A stretch of DNA of 64,000 nucleotides from assembly GCA_964521195.1 (NCBI GenBank), contig CAZFRE010000001.1, forward strand, positions 66,866 to 130,865, read 5' to 3'. This stretch comes from an uncultured Eubacteriales bacterium (GTDB lineage Bacteria > Actinomycetota > Coriobacteriia > Anaerosomatales > JAAXUF01). Below, piece by piece: positions 25,489 through 35,534 of this stretch (positions within the stretch are counted from its first letter, which is position 1; every line of letters starts with the position of its first letter). The position numbers and the translations under genes were made by a program. The notes below the pieces were generated by a model, which was not told the origin of the DNA, made no database searches, and saw only the letters and a list, made by a program, of their open reading frames with translations.

Positions 25489-26337
25489 CTACCGCCGCCG
25501 GCTCGCGCCTCCGCGGCCCCGCGCTCGCGGTCCGTGCTCGTTCTCGTCGGTGAGAAGGGGCACGTCGCCGGTTCTGATGCTCCCCGAGTAGAGGTCTTCA
25601 GCGAACCGCTCGAACGCGGGCACGGTCACGAGGCCGCCGACGCGCGAGGCGATCCTCTCGGCGAGTTCGTCGGGGGTGAGCTGTGCGTCGCTGGCGAGGA
25701 CGACGATGTTGCGCGAGTCGTCGACGGCGTTCTCCGCGATGCCGAGCGGGAAGACCCACACGTTGCGCCAGACGTTGGCGAGTGTGCGGTGCAAGCTGCG
25801 GAACATCCGCGAGTGCGGCCCGTAGACGGCGCCGAACACGTTCCACGCGATGACGCCGTCTCCAGACAGGCGGTCCTTGCACTCGCGCATGAACTCCTCG
25901 GTGAGCAGCGGGCGCGGGACGCGGTCGTCGTCGAAGGCGTCGACCACGATGATGTCGTAGGGCTCGGTGCGCCGCGAGAGGAACTCGCGGCCGTCGGCGA
26001 TGTGGACGTCGATGCGCTCGTCGTCCGGGAGTTCGAAGAGCGCGTAGGCTACCTCGACGACCTCGCCGTCGATCTCGGCGACATCGATGTGCATGGCAGG
26101 GTAGTCGCGCCACATGCGCTTCACGAGGGAGCCGCCGCCGAGGCCGATGACGAGCGTGCGCGTCGCATCGGGCTTCACTGCGAGCGTGATGTGCAGGTAG
26201 CCGACGTACTCGATGGTGGTCTCGAACGGGTCGTCGATGAGCATCGAGCTCTGCTGGTTGCGCTCGAACTTGAGCAGCCGCACACCCTCGTTGTCGGTGA
26301 CGGTGAGCCGGTGGTAAGGGGAGTCGAAGTCAGGCAT
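25489..26337 (-). CDS. Spermidine synthase-like (polyamine aminopropyltransferase family) protein
   Basis: Class I MTase-like fold motif VIGLGGGS and the DVAEIDGEVV block typical of the spermidine synthase family. Confidence 0.6.
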   Translation of the reverse strand: MPDFDSPYHRLTVTDNEGVRLLKFERNQQSSMLIDDPFETTIEYVGYLHITLAVKPDATRTLVIGLGGGSLVKRMWRDYPAMHIDVAEIDGEVVEVAYALFELPDDERIDVHIADGREFLSRRTEPYDIIVVDAFDDDRVPRPLLTEEFMRECKDRLSGDGVIAWNVFGAVYGPHSRMFRSLHRTLANVWRNVWVFPLGIAENAVDDSRNIVVLASDAQLTPDELAERIASRVGGLVTVPAFERFAEDLYSGSIRTGDVPLLTDENEHGPRARGRGGASRRR

Positions 26338-26882
26338 CAGTCGAGCCAGTGCACCTCGCCGCTCGCGAGCTGGTAGGCCGCGCCGACGACAACCGGGTGG
26401 TCCTCAGGGAAGCCTGCGAAGTCGAACCACTCGCGCATCTCGGCGACGGACTCGACGACGTGCTCGTCGACCGCCTCGGCGAGCGTGGCGGACTCGATGT
26501 GGATGTGGTCGGTGACCGGCGCGAGGTAGGCCGGCGCGTCGCCGCTCATCGCGGCGGTGACTGCCCCGCAGTCCTCGTGCCCGAGCACGACCACGAGCTG
26601 CGCGCCGAGTGCCTCAACGGCGTAGCGCACGCTTGCGTAGCCGGCCTCGGAGATGACGTGGCCGGCGGTACGCACGACGAAGAGCTCGCCCGGCCCTACG
26701 TCGAAGAGCGTCTCGACGGGTACGCGCGAGTCCGAGCAGCCCACGACAACGGCCCACGGCTGCTGCCCGTCGACGAACGCCTGGCGCTGGGCGGGCGTGA
26801 AGTGCGGCCTTTGCCGACCTTCCGCGAAGCGCTCGTTGCCCTCGCGCAGCATGTGGAGTGCGATGTCAGCGGGGTGGCTCAC
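26337..26882 (-). CDS. Beta-class carbonic anhydrase
   Basis: Zinc-site motifs CSDSRV and HEDCGAV at the spacing typical of beta-CA. Confidence 0.8.
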   Translation of the reverse strand: MSHPADIALHMLREGNERFAEGRQRPHFTPAQRQAFVDGQQPWAVVVGCSDSRVPVETLFDVGPGELFVVRTAGHVISEAGYASVRYAVEALGAQLVVVLGHEDCGAVTAAMSGDAPAYLAPVTDHIHIESATLAEAVDEHVVESVAEMREWFDFAGFPEDHPVVVGAAYQLASGEVHWLD

Positions 26883-27856
26883 GGGCGTTCCTCCTTTGAG
26901 AGCATCTGCTCGAGGTAGCTCGGAGCCTTCTGGCTCGAGTCAGGCGCGATGGCGACAGCAACCCCGCTCGCGCGGTTGTCTCGCAGCCACCGCAACGCGC
27001 CGGCGAGACACGCCGCCGCCGAGGAGCCCACGAGAAGCGACTCGTCACGGTGAAGTCGCCGTGCGGTGTCGAGCGCCGCCGGGTCGTCGACGTAGACGAT
27101 CTCGTCGATGACGTCGCGGTCGAGGATCTTGGGCACGGCAGTCTCCTCCATGTTCTTGAGACCGCTGATGTGGTGTCCCGTGACCGGCTCGGTCGCGATG
27201 ACACGGATGGAAGGGTCGCGCTCTTTGAGGTAGCGGCCTGCGCCGCTGACTGTGCCGCCGGTGCCGAGACCCGCGAAGAAGTAGCGGATCCGGCCTTCCG
27301 TCTGCGCCCAGATCTCGGGGCCGGTCGTCTCGTAGTGAGCGCGGGCGTTGTCGGGGTTGTCGTACTGGTTGGGCATCACGAATTCGTCGCTCGCCTCAAG
27401 CGTCTGCTCGGCCATGTCCATCGCGACGTCCATCGGGTGACGACCCTCGACGCCGACGAGTGGAGTGGGTACCACTTCGGCCCCGAACGCGCGCAGCAGC
27501 ACGGACTTCTCGGCGGGCATGGAGGCGGGGACGATGGCGCGCATCGGTCGGCCCTCGAGGGCACACAGCGCCGCGAGCGCGATGCCGGTGTTGCCACTGG
27601 TGGGCTCGAGCACGGTGCGGCCGGCGAGCTCGCCGCGCGCATCCATCGCAGAGAGCATCCACTTCGCCGCACGGTCCTTCACCGAGCCGAACGGGTTCAT
27701 CCACTCGAGCTTCACGAGCAGCTCGACACCTTCGGGGGCGAGCCGGGACAGCGCCACGATCGGCGTGGGGTTCTCGGCGTCGCCGATCATCTCGGCGAGC
27801 GACGCGTAGCGCTTCAGGCGAGAGTCCTTGCCGAGACGGTCCGGGGTGTCGCTCAT
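26879..27856 (-). CDS. PLP-dependent cysteine synthase family protein (CysK/CysM-like)
   Basis: ATG at 27856 (MSDTPDRL). PLP-lysine block NPFGSVKDR and the glycine loop GLGTGGTVSG. The track extension to 28048 was rejected as Arg-rich off-gene sequence. Confidence 0.75.
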   Translation of the reverse strand: MSDTPDRLGKDSRLKRYASLAEMIGDAENPTPIVALSRLAPEGVELLVKLEWMNPFGSVKDRAAKWMLSAMDARGELAGRTVLEPTSGNTGIALAALCALEGRPMRAIVPASMPAEKSVLLRAFGAEVVPTPLVGVEGRHPMDVAMDMAEQTLEASDEFVMPNQYDNPDNARAHYETTGPEIWAQTEGRIRYFFAGLGTGGTVSGAGRYLKERDPSIRVIATEPVTGHHISGLKNMEETAVPKILDRDVIDEIVYVDDPAALDTARRLHRDESLLVGSSAAACLAGALRWLRDNRASGVAVAIAPDSSQKAPSYLEQMLSKEERP

Positions 27857-28010
27857 CGCGTGGCTCCTGTGTGCGGGGGCGTACGCAAGAGGATAGCGCA
27901 GGTGGCCGCCTCGCCGCTGCCATGGCGTGGGCCGCGTCCGCACACTTGTGGTGTGACGCGCCGAGTTGCACCATGAGATCACGACGACCTGCCGGGAAGG
28001 CGGAGGCCGC

Positions 28011-28232
28011 ATGAAGCTCATCGCGACCCTGGGCGCGCTCGCGATCATCTACGCCGAGCTGTACGCGATCTGGGACATCCTCACGCGCCAGGGGGATCTG
28101 TCGTTCGGTTCGCGCGCTCTGTGGCTGCTCGGGATCTTCGTGCTGCCGGTCATCGGCACCATCTCGTACCTGCGCATGGGACCAGGCGCGGCACACTGGC
28201 CGCCCTGGGACCGCGACGACGACGCCGAGTAG
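28011..28232 (+). CDS. Small PLDc_N-like membrane protein
   Basis: Two TM helices with the IWDIL...LWLLGIFVLPVIG pattern seen in cardiolipin-synthase-N-like small proteins. Confidence 0.5.
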   Translation: MKLIATLGALAIIYAELYAIWDILTRQGDLSFGSRALWLLGIFVLPVIGTISYLRMGPGAAHWPPWDRDDDAE

Positions 28233-28274
28233 CCCGCGCGTGCTGCATGGATCACCCGCTGTCCGGCATCGACC

Positions 28275-30035
28275 CTAGCGCTTCGCCCCCGTCAGGCTGC
28301 CGAGGAGACCGCGGCTCACCGTGCGCCCGAGCTGGTATCCCACCGCGTGCGCCGCGCTCTTGCCGAGCGCGTTGAGCAGCCCGCCCGCCACCGTGCCGAT
28401 CGCTGCCGCAGCACCGGCCGCGGCTGCCGTGGCGCCGCCGGACGCGCCCGCCGGTGCCGCCGGTGCCGCTGCGGGCGCCGCCGCGGTGGGCGCTGCTGCG
28501 CCGGGCACGGGCACGCCCGCGGGATAGCCGCCGGCAGCAGGAGCAGTGGCGCCAGGCGCCGGGACGCCGGCCGGGTAGCCACCGGCAGCAGGCGCCGGAG
28601 CCGTCGGGTAGTTGCCGGGCGGGACGGGAGCGCCCACAGGCGCCTGTGCGGGCGCTGTCGGGTAGTTGCCGGGCGGTACTGGCGCCACGCCCGCTACGGC
28701 ACCGCCCGCGGCGGGTGCCGCCGCCGGCACCGGCGCGCCTGCGGCCATCGCGGCGGCCGCGACGCCGCGCAGCTTCTCGTACGCGCTCTCGCGATCGAGC
28801 ATCGTGTCGTACTTGGTGCCGACAGGCGAGGCGGCTCGCACCGCTGCGCGCGCGGCGTCGTCGATCGCGCCGATACGGCTGTGCGGCGGGATGATCCACA
28901 CGCGCTCGACGGGCGTGGGTGCGCCGGTGGCATCCAGCACGCTCACGAGCGCCTCGCCCACGCCGAGCTCGGTCACCGCTGTCGCGACGTCGACGGCCGG
29001 GTTGGGCCGGAACGTCTCGGCCATGGCGTTGACGGCCTTCTGGTCCCGTGGCGTGAAGGCGCGCAGCGCGTGCTGGACCTTGTTGCCCAGCTGGCCGAGC
29101 ACATCGTCAGGGATGTCGGTGGGGTTCTGCGTCACGAAGTAGACGCCCACGCCCTTGGAGCGGATGAGCCGCACGACCTGCTCGATCTTCTGGAGCAGCG
29201 CATCGGGGGCGTCGTCAAAGAGCAGGTGCGCCTCGTCGAAGAAGAACACGAGCTTCGGCCTGTCGAGATCGCCGACCTCGGGCATCTGCTCGAAGAGCTC
29301 GGAAAGCAGCCAGAGCAGGAACGTGGCATACAGGCGCGGGGACTGCATGAGCCGGTCCGAGGCGAGCAGGTTGATGTAGCCGCGGCTCGACAGGTCCGTG
29401 CGCATCAGGTCGGCGAGTTCTAGCGCCGGCTCACCGAAGAACCCCTCGGCACCCTGGGTCTCAAGCGTCAGGAGCTGGCGCTGGATAGCGCCCACGCTCG
29501 CCGCTGCGACGTTGCCGTATTCGCGCTGGAGCTCCTCGGCGTGTTCGCTCACGTACGAGAGGACCGCGCGCAGGTCCTTGAGGTCGAGCAGGAGCAGCCC
29601 CGCCTCGTCGGCGGCGCGAAAGGCGACGTTGAGCACGCCCTCCTGCACGTCGTTGAGCTCGAGCATGCGCGAGAGCAGCAGCGGGCCCATCTCGCTCACC
29701 GTCGCGCGGATGGGCTGGCCCTTCTCGCCGAACACGTCCCACAGCTGCACCGGGCACGGCGTCGTGTCCCAGCCCTCGGTCAGTCCCAACTCGGCGAGGC
29801 GCGCATCGACCTTCGGGTTGCCGCCGCCCGGCTGGCTCGCGCCGGCGAGGTCGCCCTTCACGTCCGCGGCGAAGACCGGCACGCCGGCGCGCGAGAAGTG
29901 CTCGGCGAGCGCCTGCAGCGTCACGGTCTTGCCGGTACCGGTGGCTCCGGCGACGAGTCCGTGCCGGTTCGCCATGTTGGGCAGGATCGCAACCTGCGTC
30001 GCGGCGTTCTTCGCGATGACGACGGGGTCGGCCAT
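28275..30035 (-). CDS. DUF853/YjgR-like (HerA-type) P-loop NTPase with low-complexity Pro/Ala/Gly/Tyr-rich C-terminal tail
   Basis: N-terminal [13 protein letters not shown]alker A and VFFFDEAH Walker B. The C-terminal ~160 aa are repetitive ([10 protein letters not shown] x2, [10 protein letters not shown] x2). Confidence 0.7.
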   Translation of the reverse strand: MADPVVIAKNAATQVAILPNMANRHGLVAGATGTGKTVTLQALAEHFSRAGVPVFAADVKGDLAGASQPGGGNPKVDARLAELGLTEGWDTTPCPVQLWDVFGEKGQPIRATVSEMGPLLLSRMLELNDVQEGVLNVAFRAADEAGLLLLDLKDLRAVLSYVSEHAEELQREYGNVAAASVGAIQRQLLTLETQGAEGFFGEPALELADLMRTDLSSRGYINLLASDRLMQSPRLYATFLLWLLSELFEQMPEVGDLDRPKLVFFFDEAHLLFDDAPDALLQKIEQVVRLIRSKGVGVYFVTQNPTDIPDDVLGQLGNKVQHALRAFTPRDQKAVNAMAETFRPNPAVDVATAVTELGVGEALVSVLDATGAPTPVERVWIIPPHSRIGAIDDAARAAVRAASPVGTKYDTMLDRESAYEKLRGVAAAAMAAGAPVPAAAPAAGGAVAGVAPVPPGNYPTAPAQAPVGAPVPPGNYPTAPAPAAGGYPAGVPAPGATAPAAGGYPAGVPVPGAAAPTAAAPAAAPAAPAGASGGATAAAAGAAAAIGTVAGGLLNALGKSAAHAVGYQLGRTVSRGLLGSLTGAKR

Positions 30036-30177
30036 GAGGCGGCTCCTTCTCGGCGGTGGTGGCGAGCGCGGCCTGCGAAGCGGGCCGTGCCGGTCGTGCG
30101 CGGGGTTGCGGCGTGATAGCCCTCGGAAGGAAGATTACCCAGTCGCTAACAAGTGGCAACCAGCGGGAGGACCAGCG

Positions 30178-30675
30178 ATGACACGCGACGAACTGCTCGG
30201 CAAGTTGAGGACGGCAAGGGCGGAGCTCGACCGGCTCGTGGCGGCGATTCCCGCAGACAGGCTAGAGCGGCCCGCGCCGGGCACCACGCACTCGCCCAAG
30301 GACATCGTGTATCACGTCGCGGCCTACGACGACCTCATGGTGCGCCGTCTACGTTGCGCGCGCGACGGTGAGACGACCGCGTTCGACCGCGACCGCGACA
30401 GCTGGGAGGCGTTCAACGAGCGCATCTGGGCCGACGCCGCCGAAAAGGATGCGCCGGCCGTACTCGCCTGGGCGTCCAAGACATTCCTCGACCTGGTCGA
30501 GGAGGTCGGGCGGCTGGCCGAGGACGAGCTCAACGGCGACGCCGGGCTCGTGAAGCACATCGATCCGGGCTGGCTGCAGGGCCGGCCGCTCGCCGAGGTC
30601 ATCGGCGTGGACGGGTTCGACCACTATCCGATGCACTACGCGGTGCTGAAGGCCGCGGGAGAGGACGTGACGTGA
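30178..30675 (+). CDS. DinB/ClbS-like four-helix-bundle protein
   Basis: ATG at 30178 (MTRDELLGKL...). The helical pattern and size resemble the DinB superfamily. The track extension from 29398 is antisense to the DUF853 gene and was rejected. Confidence 0.45.
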   Translation: MTRDELLGKLRTARAELDRLVAAIPADRLERPAPGTTHSPKDIVYHVAAYDDLMVRRLRCARDGETTAFDRDRDSWEAFNERIWADAAEKDAPAVLAWASKTFLDLVEEVGRLAEDELNGDAGLVKHIDPGWLQGRPLAEVIGVDGFDHYPMHYAVLKAAGEDVT

Positions 30676-31499
30676 CGGATCACTCGCGAAGCATCGCGGC
30701 AAACAAGGAGCTCTGGAACGCCTGGGCCAAGATCCATGTCGAGTCGTCCTTCTACGACGTGGAGGGGTTCGCGGCCGACCCGGAGGCACACCCGCTCGAC
30801 CATGTCGTCCTCGAGACGGCGGGGGACGTCGCCGGCAAGCGACTGCTCCATCTGCAGTGCCACTTCGGCATGGACACGCTGCGCCTCGCGATGATGGGCG
30901 CGACGGTGACCGGTGTCGACTTCTCGCCGGTCGCCATCGAGAAGGCCCGCGCACTCTCCGAGCGGATCGGCGTGCCGGGGACGTTCGTCGAGAGCGACGT
31001 GCGCGCGCTGCCCGACGAGGTGCCGGTCGGCGCCTTCGACGTGGTGTTCACCAGCTACGGCGCGATCAATTGGCTGCCCGAACTCACCGCGTGGGCGCAG
31101 ACGATCGCCTCTCGGCTCGCTCCCGGCGGCGTCTTCTGCATCGCCGAGGGGCACCCGTTCCTCTGGGGGTTCGACGAGTCTCTGCCCGAGCCGCCGCTCA
31201 CGGTGCGCTACGACTACTTCGGCGACGGAAACCCGCTCGTCTTCGCCGAGAAGGGCAGCTACGCGGATCCGGACGCCGACTTCGAGGGCGAGTCGCATTC
31301 GTGGCAGCACACGTTCGCTCAGATCGTCGGTGCCTTGCTCGGCGCCGGTCTGCAGCTCGAATGGCTCGCCGAGTACCCCTGCATCTCGTGGCAGCAGTTC
31401 CCCTTCCTCGTGCAAGACGATGAGGGGATGTGGAGGCTGCCGGAAGGCATGCCGAGCCTACCGATGCTGTTCGCACTGCGCGCACGCAAGCCCGGTTAG
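30672..31499 (+). CDS. Class I SAM-dependent methyltransferase
   Basis: Motif I-like LLHLQCHFGMD and overall MTase-like layout. Start overlaps the upstream stop. Confidence 0.65.
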   Translation: MTDHSRSIAANKELWNAWAKIHVESSFYDVEGFAADPEAHPLDHVVLETAGDVAGKRLLHLQCHFGMDTLRLAMMGATVTGVDFSPVAIEKARALSERIGVPGTFVESDVRALPDEVPVGAFDVVFTSYGAINWLPELTAWAQTIASRLAPGGVFCIAEGHPFLWGFDESLPEPPLTVRYDYFGDGNPLVFAEKGSYADPDADFEGESHSWQHTFAQIVGALLGAGLQLEWLAEYPCISWQQFPFLVQDDEGMWRLPEGMPSLPMLFALRARKPG

Positions 31500-32056
31500 G
31501 CGTCGGTGCGCGCAGCCTCTTCTCGGCGGACGCGCTCGACGCGCGACATGAGCTGCGGGAACCGCGACCATACGGCTTCGACCACGCGCTCGGCCTCGGT
31601 CTCGTTCAGTCCCGTGCCGAAGCGGATCGTCTTGCCGTTGTGGTCGAACGAGACGAAGCTCTTCACGCCGTTCTCGTCGCCGGTCGGGCGCAGGTTCTTG
31701 GCCTCGGCCATCGGGTAGACCCAGTCGAAGCCGCGCCCGAACGCCTCGGCACGCCGACGGATCTCCGCCTCCGAGAACGTCACGACCTCCGCGCCATCGA
31801 GCATGAACACGAGGATGCTGGCCGCGACGAGCCCGCCCGCCGTCCAGCCGAGCAGCCAGACGACGAGGAACAGCGACGCGGGGTTGAGCAGCGAGCCCAT
31901 GCGGAACAGCGCCCCGAGCGCCGAGACCTCACCCACAAGCCAGCCCATCATCCACACCGAGAGGAACACGGCGACGCAGCCCACTCGCGGCGCCGGCATG
32001 ATGACGCGCAGCGCCTCGGGAGTCTCCTCGATGGTTGTCGCTCGCGCCGGGCTCAT
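31496..32056 (-). CDS. Hypothetical membrane protein
   Basis: ATG at 32056 (MSPARATT). Two or three TM helices followed by a soluble C-terminal part. The upstream track extension was rejected. Confidence 0.4.
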   Translation of the reverse strand: MSPARATTIEETPEALRVIMPAPRVGCVAVFLSVWMMGWLVGEVSALGALFRMGSLLNPASLFLVVWLLGWTAGGLVAASILVFMLDGAEVVTFSEAEIRRRAEAFGRGFDWVYPMAEAKNLRPTGDENGVKSFVSFDHNGKTIRFGTGLNETEAERVVEAVWSRFPQLMSRVERVRREEAARTDA

Positions 32057-32170
32057 GTGCAGAGTATCGGCGAGCGCGGGAGCTCCGTGAAGCCACCGAC
32101 CTTCACCCGCGTGCGTTACCCTGTTGCCTGACACGACGACCGCCAGCCGAACCGCCGAGGAGACCGCAAC

Positions 32171-32632
32171 GTGGGCGAGTGCTCGTACCACCCCGGAGTC
32201 GAGACGGAGATGCGCTGCGCCGAGTGCGAGCGCTACATCTGCCCCAAGGAGATGGTCGCCACGCCGGTCGGCTACAAGTGCCCCGACTGCGCTCGGCCCG
32301 CCCGGAGCCAGTATGTCCTCGTGAAGCCCAAGCAACTCGTGTACGCCGTGCTCGCTGCCGGCGCCGTGGGCATCGGCGGCGGACTGCTGCTCGCGATGTT
32401 CGGCGGCGGCTTCTTCGGCTTCATCCTCGGCTTCATCTGGGGCAGCGCGACCGCCGAGGCGGCCCGGCGTGCGTCGGGCGGGCACCGCGTGTGGACCATC
32501 GGCGCGATCGTGATCGCGGCGATCGGTCTGGGCGTCTTGCTGGGGTGGCTGCTGACCGGCCGGATCAACCTGATCGTCGGTGGCATCGCGGTCTTCGCGG
32601 CACTGTCCGACCTCGCACTGCTCGGCCGCTAG
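32171..32632 (+). CDS. B-box-type zinc-finger membrane protein
   Basis: N-terminal CxxH...CxxC...CxxC pattern (CSYHPG...CAECERYICP...CPDC), followed by three or four TM helices. Confidence 0.5.
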   Translation: MGECSYHPGVETEMRCAECERYICPKEMVATPVGYKCPDCARPARSQYVLVKPKQLVYAVLAAGAVGIGGGLLLAMFGGGFFGFILGFIWGSATAEAARRASGGHRVWTIGAIVIAAIGLGVLLGWLLTGRINLIVGGIAVFAALSDLALLGR

Positions 32633-32643
32633 GGGAGGCGCTC

Positions 32644-33105
32644 GTGCCCGACATCAGCATCGGCTACGTTCCGCAGCGCATGGCTATCGTGGCGTGGCGT
32701 ATGGCGACGCCGGAGACGCTCGGACGCGTGATCGACGAGGGTTTCTCGGAGGTGCTTGCGCACATCGCATCGGGCGGTGCGGTGGGCGAGGAGGAGCGGA
32801 TCGTCATGTATCCGAGCGACTGGGCGTGCGGTCCGGGCGAGCGCGAGATCGGCATCGCGGTGGTGATAGCCGACGGCGTTCCCGCCGCCACGCTGCGCAT
32901 GGAGGAGCTGCCCGGCTGCCAAGTGGTCAAGGCGTTGCATCGTGGCTCGTACGCCACGATTCGCGAGAGCTGGGCCGAGGTCGAGGAGTGGATGGACGAG
33001 CACGACCTCGAGCCCGCCGCCGGCTGCTGGGAGGTCTACCTCAACGACCCGACCCGGACCGCGGAGGAGGACCTCGCCACGGAGCTGCTCGTCCCTCTGC
33101 CGTGA
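32644..33105 (+). CDS. GyrI-like small-molecule-binding domain protein
   Basis: GTG at 32644. Length and blocks (ALHRGSY...W..V..W and EVYLNDP) are typical of the GyrI-like/AraC-effector-binding fold. Confidence 0.55.
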   Translation: MPDISIGYVPQRMAIVAWRMATPETLGRVIDEGFSEVLAHIASGGAVGEEERIVMYPSDWACGPGEREIGIAVVIADGVPAATLRMEELPGCQVVKALHRGSYATIRESWAEVEEWMDEHDLEPAAGCWEVYLNDPTRTAEEDLATELLVPLP

Positions 33106-33106
33106 G

Positions 33107-34283
33107 CTAGCCGAGTCTGAATCGCTGCGCTTCCAGCAGCTCGTCGATCGGGTAGAACGTGCCGCGCCAGATCACGCCGCCGCGCGCGTGCACCAGGTAG
33201 GCGCTGCGCAGGACGCCGGCGGCCATGAGCGCCCATCCCGCAGGCCAGAGCAGCGCGGGCCAGACGAGCCCGGCGTTGCGATGCCAGGCCGGCAACGGTC
33301 GCCGCGGTCGCGAGCAGGGTGGTCACGGCACCGAGCCCCGCGAGCCACCACGTACCCGTCGCGACGCCGGTGCCGATCGCCACGAGCGGCGAGTACTCGA
33401 CGCAGCCCGCCAGCACGAAGCCGACAGCCAGCAAGGCGAACGGCGTTCCCGCGAAGGTGCTGCCGTTCTTCTCGACGCCGCGGAAGAACGCGCCGAGGTC
33501 GTCGTAGATGCTCAGGCTCGCCGCGCCTCGGCCGTTCATGTACTCGCACCGCCCGCCCGCCTGCTTCACCATCGCGCCGAGCGCCATGTCGTCGCCGGTC
33601 TCGAGCCGGAGGTGTTCGAAGCCGGGAGTGCGGTCGAACACGCTACGCCGCACGAGCGTGAAGCCGCCGCTGCCGACCGCGACCTTCGAGCGGGGGTCGC
33701 GCACCGCCTTCGGGCTCGCCGCCATCGCCATGATCCGCATGAAGATCGCCCAGAGCACGTCGACGATCCGGCTGCGGCTCCGGAACTCGGGCACGAGTGC
33801 AAGCAGGTCGAACTCGCGCGCCTCGCAGTGCGCCACCGCCTTCGCGAGCATTCCCGGCGCCACCTCGATGTCCGCGTCCGAGAACAGCAGCCACTCGCCG
33901 GTCGCCCGACGTACCCCCACGTCGAGCGCGTGCACCTTGCCGAGCCAGCCCGCGGGCAACTCCTCGACCAGGACCGGTGTCACGCGCGGGTCACGCCCGG
34001 CGAACTGCGCGACGATGCGCGGCGTGTCGTCGTCCGAGCGGTCGTCGACTACGACGATCTCGAGGTCCGGGTAGCCGTCGGAGAGGCGCGAATCGAGCGA
34101 TCCCGCGATGTCGGTGGCTTCGTTCCGCGCGGGCATGATGACGCTCACTCGCGGCCAGGCAGCGGGCGCGGGCGCATCGGTGTTCGCGAGGTCCTCGATC
34201 TCGCCGAGGTTCTTGAACACAAGAGCGGCCTGGACGAACCACAGCGCGCAGAACCCGGCGATGATGATGGCGACGAGCGTCAT
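33107..34283 (-). CDS. Family-2 glycosyltransferase with C-terminal TM region; apparent frameshift near 33280-33300
   Basis: N-terminal TM plus GT2 core (VSVIMPARNE, VVVDDRSDD, FSDAD). The plausible C-terminus (…VIWRGTFYPIDELLEAQ) is read in another frame (track ORF 33107-33295). The 33036-34283 frame ends in Arg-rich nonsense. Confidence 0.6.
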
Positions 34284-34366
34284 AGCAAGCAGCCTCCCTC
34301 GCCGATTATCGACGAAAGAGGCTGCGAGGGTGACACCCCGCGCTCGCGGGCTGCCGGGCAGTCGCG

Positions 34367-34813
34367 CTACGCGGTGTAGACGCGCACGGTGTCCCCGTTG
34401 GCCGAGTCCACGTTGATCTCCATCTCGCGCAGGGCCGCGACGAGTTCGTCGATGTCCTCGGGCTTGAGGTTGGAGAAGTCGATCGACATGCCGTGCTCGG
34501 ACATGGAGTCATTGATCTGGTCCATCGCCTGCGGCGGGATCAGAGAGGTCAGCTTCAGCCCCGAGCGGACGAGGGCGACGGGGATCTTCACGTCCACGTT
34601 GTCCCCGTTCTCGGCGTTGACCTTCACGTACAGGTACTTGGGCAGCGCCTCGAGCAGCGGCGTGGCGTCCCCCTTGATCGCGGGCCCGGACGCTGCGGGC
34701 GCGGCACCCGCCGGCGCGCGGGAGTCGAGCGCGTCGAGCAACCGCTCGGCCTCCTCGGCGGTGATCTTGCCCTCGGCGAGCATGTTCAGGATTCTGCTGC
34801 GGTCTTCACTCAT
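34367..34813 (-). CDS. SHOCT-like domain protein (YvlB/LiaX N-terminal-like)
   Basis: ATG at 34813 has an AAGGGG SD. The N-terminal RILNMLAEGKITAEEAERLLDAL is a SHOCT-like helix pair. Confidence 0.5.
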   Translation of the reverse strand: MSEDRSRILNMLAEGKITAEEAERLLDALDSRAPAGAAPAASGPAIKGDATPLLEALPKYLYVKVNAENGDNVDVKIPVALVRSGLKLTSLIPPQAMDQINDSMSEHGMSIDFSNLKPEDIDELVAALREMEINVDSANGDTVRVYTA

Positions 34814-34828
34814 CGGTAGCACCCCTTC

Positions 34829-35113
34829 TCATTGGACCGTCACGTCGACGTCCGTCTTGCCGTCGTTGAATCGGATGACCATCCCGCGGGTCTCGCACAG
34901 CGCACCCACGCTGCGGAGCATCAGGATGGTGTAGTGGTGGTAGCGCTGGCCGACGAGGAGCAGCACCAGATCGGCGAGGATCGTGAACACGAGCGAGATC
35001 ACGACGAGCGCCAAGACGATCGGCCAGAGCAGGAAGAGCGGTAGCCACAGGTGCACCCGGCGCCCGTCTGCCGGGTTGACCTTGAGGTCGAGGATCGCCG
35101 GAGGAATGGTCAT
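34829..35113 (-). CDS. Small membrane protein, unknown function
   Basis: 94 aa with two TM helices. Start overlaps the upstream DUF2089 gene stop. Confidence 0.45.
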   Translation of the reverse strand: MTIPPAILDLKVNPADGRRVHLWLPLFLLWPIVLALVVISLVFTILADLVLLLVGQRYHHYTILMLRSVGALCETRGMVIRFNDGKTDVDVTVQ

Positions 35114-35472
35114 CGCGCCAGCCTCTCCGCCGCTTCCGCTGCCGTGATCTCACCGCGCTCGAGCAAGCCGAGGACGTCGTCACCGACCGGCGGCGTGGTG
35201 TCCACCTCGACAAGCTGCAGCTGGTTGATGATCCGGTTGAGGCGGCTCTTCACCGTGGGGTAGCTGATGCCGAACGCCTTCTCCATGTCCTTGAGCGACC
35301 CGTGGCTGCGCACGAACTCGCTCACGAAGACCTGATCCTCGTAGCGCAGCCGGGCGAGGGGAGGGAGTTCGAACTCCCCGTGGATGGAGATGCCGCTCTC
35401 GAGCCGCACCTCGGTCACGAGGAAGCGTCCCTCCCCGGTGAGGTCGGTCAACTCGTGCCAGTCGTTTGTCAT
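35110..35472 (-). CDS. DUF2089-like HTH protein
   Basis: ATG at 35472 preceded by GAGGAG. HTH-like block MEKAFGISYPTVKSRLNRI and a C-terminal SHOCT-like ERGEITAAEAAERL. Confidence 0.55.
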   Translation of the reverse strand: MTNDWHELTDLTGEGRFLVTEVRLESGISIHGEFELPPLARLRYEDQVFVSEFVRSHGSLKDMEKAFGISYPTVKSRLNRIINQLQLVEVDTTPPVGDDVLGLLERGEITAAEAAERLAR

Positions 35473-35505
35473 GAAGTCATCACTCCTCATTCAGAATACG
35501 AACAA

Positions 35506-35534
35506 GGTATACCCCATAACTTCAAGAAAATCAA
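35506..35534 (-). promoter_or_regulatory. Candidate promoter in an AT-rich gap for the DUF2089 operon
   Basis: On the minus strand: TTGATT, 17-nt spacer, TATACC. It lies in a locally AT-rich stretch carrying two AAAATCAA-containing direct repeats. Confidence 0.3.

Noticed and set aside
28330-28760. Repetitive DNA that might be taken for a CRISPR array or mobile-element repeat.
   Set aside because: The repeats are in-frame and encode the Pro/Ala/Gly/Tyr-rich tail of the DUF853 ATPase. There is no repeat-spacer periodicity and no cas genes.
29398-30177. Upstream 260 codons of track ORF 29398-30675. Similar extensions occur at 24424-24612, 32035-32643, 58332-58463 and 27857-28048.
   Set aside because: The extensions are antisense to, or overlap, better-supported genes and have nonsense-like composition. 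Internal starts with SD sequences give normal-length family members.
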